From positions 1-37,168 of IMG/VR virus record IMGVR_UViG_3300005931_000036: a stretch of DNA of 37,168 nucleotides, one strand, 5' to 3'. Shown in pieces: positions 34,260 to 37,168 of this stretch (positions are counted from its first letter, which is position 1; every line of letters starts with the position of its first letter). A program made the position numbers and the translations under genes. Source of the stretch: a virus (taxonomy: Duplodnaviria > Caudoviricetes). Below the pieces are notes generated by a model. That model was not told the origin of the DNA, ran no database searches, and worked only from the letters and a program-made list of their open reading frames with translations.

Positions 34260-36112
34260 TAGTAGTTAGATGTTGTTGTATAACCTACGCCAGCATCAGC
34301 AGAGCCACCAACAAAGGTATCTGCCTCTACTGTGATTGTTGAATTTGCTGTATCTATTTCTAAAATTTGATCTCTTACAGGAACTATGTCATATGACGCT
34401 GGTTCAACAGTCACTTCAATTACAGATGATGTTGCACTTCGTATATTTTCTATTGTTGCAACTGTTAATGAGTTAATTGTGACCTGTCCTGTTGAATAGT
34501 TTATTGTACCTTGTGTACTGTTTACATATGTTCTAACAGCACCTACAAAATAAAATCTTCTTACATTACCATTACCATCATCATCTAGGTAATAAACATT
34601 AGTATCATTTGGAACTTTGAAACCAGTTGAACTTATTACACCACCAGCACTTGACTTGTGGCCTGCATGAGGATTGTGAACACCATTTCTAAAATAAACA
34701 TCATATCTAGTTGATGTATTTAATGTAGGAGTAAATGATTTTCTAACTTTTAAACTAGTGACATTAGATAATATACTATTGTCTGTGTTATCAATTAAGC
34801 CTATAATTTTTGAATGTCTAAACACACCATCAAATTTATTTAATGTATCAGTATTATAAGCTGTTAATGCTGTAATAACATCTGATTTTAAAGTGTCAAG
34901 TGTTTTAGTTGTTGCTCTTTCATCATATTTAACAGTTGTTGTTAATACTAGCGATGTAGTTTCTGGATCAACAATTTCTGGTCTAACAGAGGCAACATTG
35001 TATTTTCTTAATTGAGCTACAATACTTTCTTTTGTAGCTTCGGTAAGTGTAGAGCCTGACGCTGCTTTAACAGCAATCTTTACTACACCATAAATTGGAG
35101 TTTCATCATCTTCTCCACCCCAAGCTGAAACTGATTGAGCATTTGGGTATAATTCTTGTACTAGTGTTTCATAATCAGAAGTAGTGACTGCTCTATCTTG
35201 TCTAGCATATTGTAAAGGAGCATTATATCTAATTGATTCTTTTGTTTGTGCTTCCGCTCCACCTTGAGCACTTGAAACTGTTGTGATTGAAACATTTGTA
35301 AATCCGCCAACATTACCTGATAGAGTAAATAGACTTGCTCCATTTGCGTCAGCTTTATTAGAAACAATATATTCTAAAATTACTATATTACCATCATCTA
35401 AATTTTTACCTACTGTACCATCTCCAAAATAAACTTCAAATTTTCCATCTTCACCTTCTTGTAAGAAATAAGCTTTTGTAGTAGGGTCAATTGATGTAAT
35501 ACCTGTAGCTTTTGTCCAAGTATTTAAAGTAGTATCTGATACTGAATTTTGTACTGAAACTTTTAATGTAGAAGTATCCGCATTAGCACTTGGTATAATA
35601 AATCTTTGATCTGGATCAGAACTATTTGCTGTATATTTAAAAGTGACTAGTGTACCTTCAAAAACAGATATGTTTGAAAATTTGTAAACACCATTTAGTG
35701 GTGTTGCTGTGTGAGTTGCGTTAGTGACAAATTGATAAGTCGTTCCGTCAACTGTAGATGTGAAAGTTGTACCTTTTGTCATTGTGACTGCAGAACCAGA
35801 ACCATTATTAATTAGAATATCAATTATTCCTGCTGATGCTTTTGGTGATGTTGGAGTATATCCTAACATCTTCGCCAACGATACAATATTTTTTCTAATG
35901 TCAGCACTGTCTAGGTACATTTCATTTGCTAACATATTAGCATTGAAACCTAGGTAGTGAGTATTGTAAGCAAGAACATCTAAAAGAACTGCGAAACCTG
36001 ATCCTTCAAAGTTATAATCTTGGAACTCTGATTGATTTTGTAAAAATGTTTTTAGATTGCTTTTGATATTATCAAAGTCTAATTCTGATACTTCTAATTT
36101 ATTACTTGCCAT
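34259..36112 (-). CDS. gp6: Baseplate wedge subunit
   Basis: 617 aa; ELDFDNIK.NL, DYNFEGS, LLDVLAYNTHY, YFGDG and QDRAVT..DY. Confidence 0.96.
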   Translation of the reverse strand: MASNKLEVSELDFDNIKSNLKTFLQNQSEFQDYNFEGSGFAVLLDVLAYNTHYLGFNANMLANEMYLDSADIRKNIVSLAKMLGYTPTSPKASAGIIDILINNGSGSAVTMTKGTTFTSTVDGTTYQFVTNATHTATPLNGVYKFSNISVFEGTLVTFKYTANSSDPDQRFIIPSANADTSTLKVSVQNSVSDTTLNTWTKATGITSIDPTTKAYFLQEGEDGKFEVYFGDGTVGKNLDDGNIVILEYIVSNKADANGASLFTLSGNVGGFTNVSITTVSSAQGGAEAQTKESIRYNAPLQYARQDRAVTTSDYETLVQELYPNAQSVSAWGGEDDETPIYGVVKIAVKAASGSTLTEATKESIVAQLRKYNVASVRPEIVDPETTSLVLTTTVKYDERATTKTLDTLKSDVITALTAYNTDTLNKFDGVFRHSKIIGLIDNTDNSILSNVTSLKVRKSFTPTLNTSTRYDVYFRNGVHNPHAGHKSSAGGVISSTGFKVPNDTNVYYLDDDGNGNVRRFYFVGAVRTYVNSTQGTINYSTGQVTINSLTVATIENIRSATSSVIEVTVEPASYDIVPVRDQILEIDTANSTITVEADTFVGGSADAGVGYTTTSNY

Positions 36113-36113
36113 T

Positions 36114-36542
36114 TTATCTTAATCTTTCTAAAAATGTTTCTACTGTTATTGGTTGTACTACTCCTATTACATAGAAACTAATTGATACTGCATATCTATT
36201 TCTATCTAAATCTGGTTTAGCAATAATTTGTACTAATTTAATTCTTGGTTCAAAATTATTTAAAACTTCTTCAATTTTTCTTTGTAAGTTTAGAGCTGTC
36301 AATGGTGTCACTGGCTCAAATAATAATGCTCTTACATTACCACCAATCTCTGGGTGAAAAGGTCTTTCAAAGTGATTAGTTTGAATTAAATTTCTAACAC
36401 TTCTTTTAACTGCCTCTGCGTCAGTCAATTTATTTACATCATTAGTGACTACATTTCTATTAAAGTCTAAATCTAGGTCTTTGTATATACGACTTGATCT
36501 TTTACTTTTATTAGATACATTTTCTACACTATAATTAGGCAT
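36114..36542 (-). CDS. gp25: Baseplate wedge subunit / sheath initiator
   Basis: 142 aa; YKDLDLDF, AVKRSVRNLI.T...ERPF.P..G and FEPRI. Confidence 0.95.
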   Translation of the reverse strand: MPNYSVENVSNKSKRSSRIYKDLDLDFNRNVVTNDVNKLTDAEAVKRSVRNLIQTNHFERPFHPEIGGNVRALLFEPVTPLTALNLQRKIEEVLNNFEPRIKLVQIIAKPDLDRNRYAVSISFYVIGVVQPITVETFLERLR

Positions 36543-36547
36543 ACCAA

Positions 36548-36555
36548 TATTTATA
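36548..36555 (-). promoter_or_regulatory. T4-type late promoter (gp25)
   Basis: TATAAATA 5 nt upstream of the gp25 ATG. Confidence 0.88.
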
Positions 36556-36557
36556 CA

Positions 36558-36851
36558 CTAACCAGAGGATACATTTGAGCTTCCTGTAGAAGCAGCATTA
36601 GGTACCCAACTACCATGACCACCAGTTGCGTCACCAACTCTATGAATAGCGATACTATTTACTCTAACTGTTGAACTACCTGCCACAGCAGGGTCGCCAC
36701 AACTTGTTGTATCACCAACTCTAATTGAGGCAGCGCTGTTTATTGATACATTTGGCGAACCACCTGTATATGCTGTTTGATGAAAGGGATTGGGTGTTGG
36801 ACTTGCGTGTCCTACATGAACATCTAAACCTGATCTAACACATGCTGGCAT
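36558..36851 (-). CDS. PAAR-repeat spike tip protein (gp5.4-like)
   Basis: 97 aa; GS.NV.IN...RVGD repeats with His/Cys metal ligands; upstream of gp25. Confidence 0.9.
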   Translation of the reverse strand: MPACVRSGLDVHVGHASPTPNPFHQTAYTGGSPNVSINSAASIRVGDTTSCGDPAVAGSSTVRVNSIAIHRVGDATGGHGSWVPNAASTGSSNVSSG

Positions 36852-36994
36852 TATTTTCCTTGTGAGTTGTAAACTTTAAACGATCTTTTCTTACTTTTGT
36901 TCATTGAACTCAATTTTACGCCTTTTCTATTTCCTTGTGATGTTTTTTTAGGCATTCTTTCGTGTGGTACAAAACCTTTTGATATTTTTGCCAT
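36851..36994 (-). CDS. Unannotated 47-aa highly basic peptide
   Basis: MAKISKGFVPHERMPKKTSQGNRKGVKLSSMNKSKKRSFKVYNSQGK; TAATG-coupled on both sides. Confidence 0.8.
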   Translation of the reverse strand: MAKISKGFVPHERMPKKTSQGNRKGVKLSSMNKSKKRSFKVYNSQGK

Positions 36995-37167
36995 TATCTA
37001 CCTGCTGCTTTGGCCGCTTTAAGTGCTGCCTTCTTTTTTTCCATTATCATTGCCTGTCTAATTTTTCTACCTACTGGTATTTCAACAGAATCACTAATTT
37101 GTTTGCCTCTTTTACTGATATATTCAACACCAATAATTTTATCTTTAAAATCACCTTGAACAGCTAT
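36994..37167 (-). CDS. Hypothetical protein, C-terminal part (start outside window)
   Basis: Open frame ...IAVQGDFKDKIIGVEYISKRGKQISDSVEIPVGRKIRQAMIMEKKKAALKAAKAAGR*, with stop overlapping the next ATG. Confidence 0.75.
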   Translation of the reverse strand: MAVQGDFKDKIIGVEYISKRGKQISDSVEIPVGRKIRQAMIMEKKKAALKAAKAAGR

Positions 37168-37168
37168 G

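Noticed and set aside
35161-35367. 68-aa alternative-frame ORF inside gp6
   Set aside because: Nested off-frame ORF with no independent signals.
913-35957. All plus-strand ORFs in the track (e.g. 913..1107, 1992..2288, 14565..14933, 21364..21741, 28724..29113)
   Set aside because: They are antisense shadows of well-supported minus-strand genes, with composition typical of reverse-complemented codons and no recognisable motifs.
1-37168. tRNA, rRNA or CRISPR array
   Set aside because: Intergenic gaps are short and accounted for by promoters, terminators or gene remnants; no cloverleaf or spaced direct repeats were seen by eye.

Overview
This is a 37 kb AT-rich segment of a T4-like myovirus late (morphogenesis) region, with every credible gene on the minus strand. 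Gene content and composition resemble marine or freshwater T4-like phages of SAR11-type hosts and cyanophages; the host is an inference. In transcription order it holds: PAAR, gp25, gp6, gp7, a gp9/10-like fibre, gp8, a VrlC/DUF4815-like giant protein, small fibre/adaptor genes, a Gly/Pro-rich fibre tip, four tandem 2OG-Fe(II) oxygenases, more fibre genes, gp13/14/15, a fifth oxygenase, gp16, a ParB-like ORF, gp17, gp18, gp19, gp20, gp67/68-like and small head genes, gp21 and gp22 (cut by the window edge). I found 11 perfect TATAAATA late promoters plus 5 variants, and two intrinsic terminators. The most notable observations are: (1) a late-promoter-driven set of five dissimilar oxygenases, four of them next to an X-Pro-Gly-rich fibre, which may be a virion protein hydroxylation system; (2) a plug-and-socket fibre architecture built from shared terminal motifs and a mobile 'GDGST' domain; (3) two adjacent internally deleted receptor-tip and chaperone genes, one with a fold-back hairpin at the junction; (4) an amicyanin-spaced type-1 copper motif in a baseplate fibre; and (5) predicted leaderless mRNAs for gp16 and gp25. 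All family assignments come from reading motifs by eye; no database search was run.
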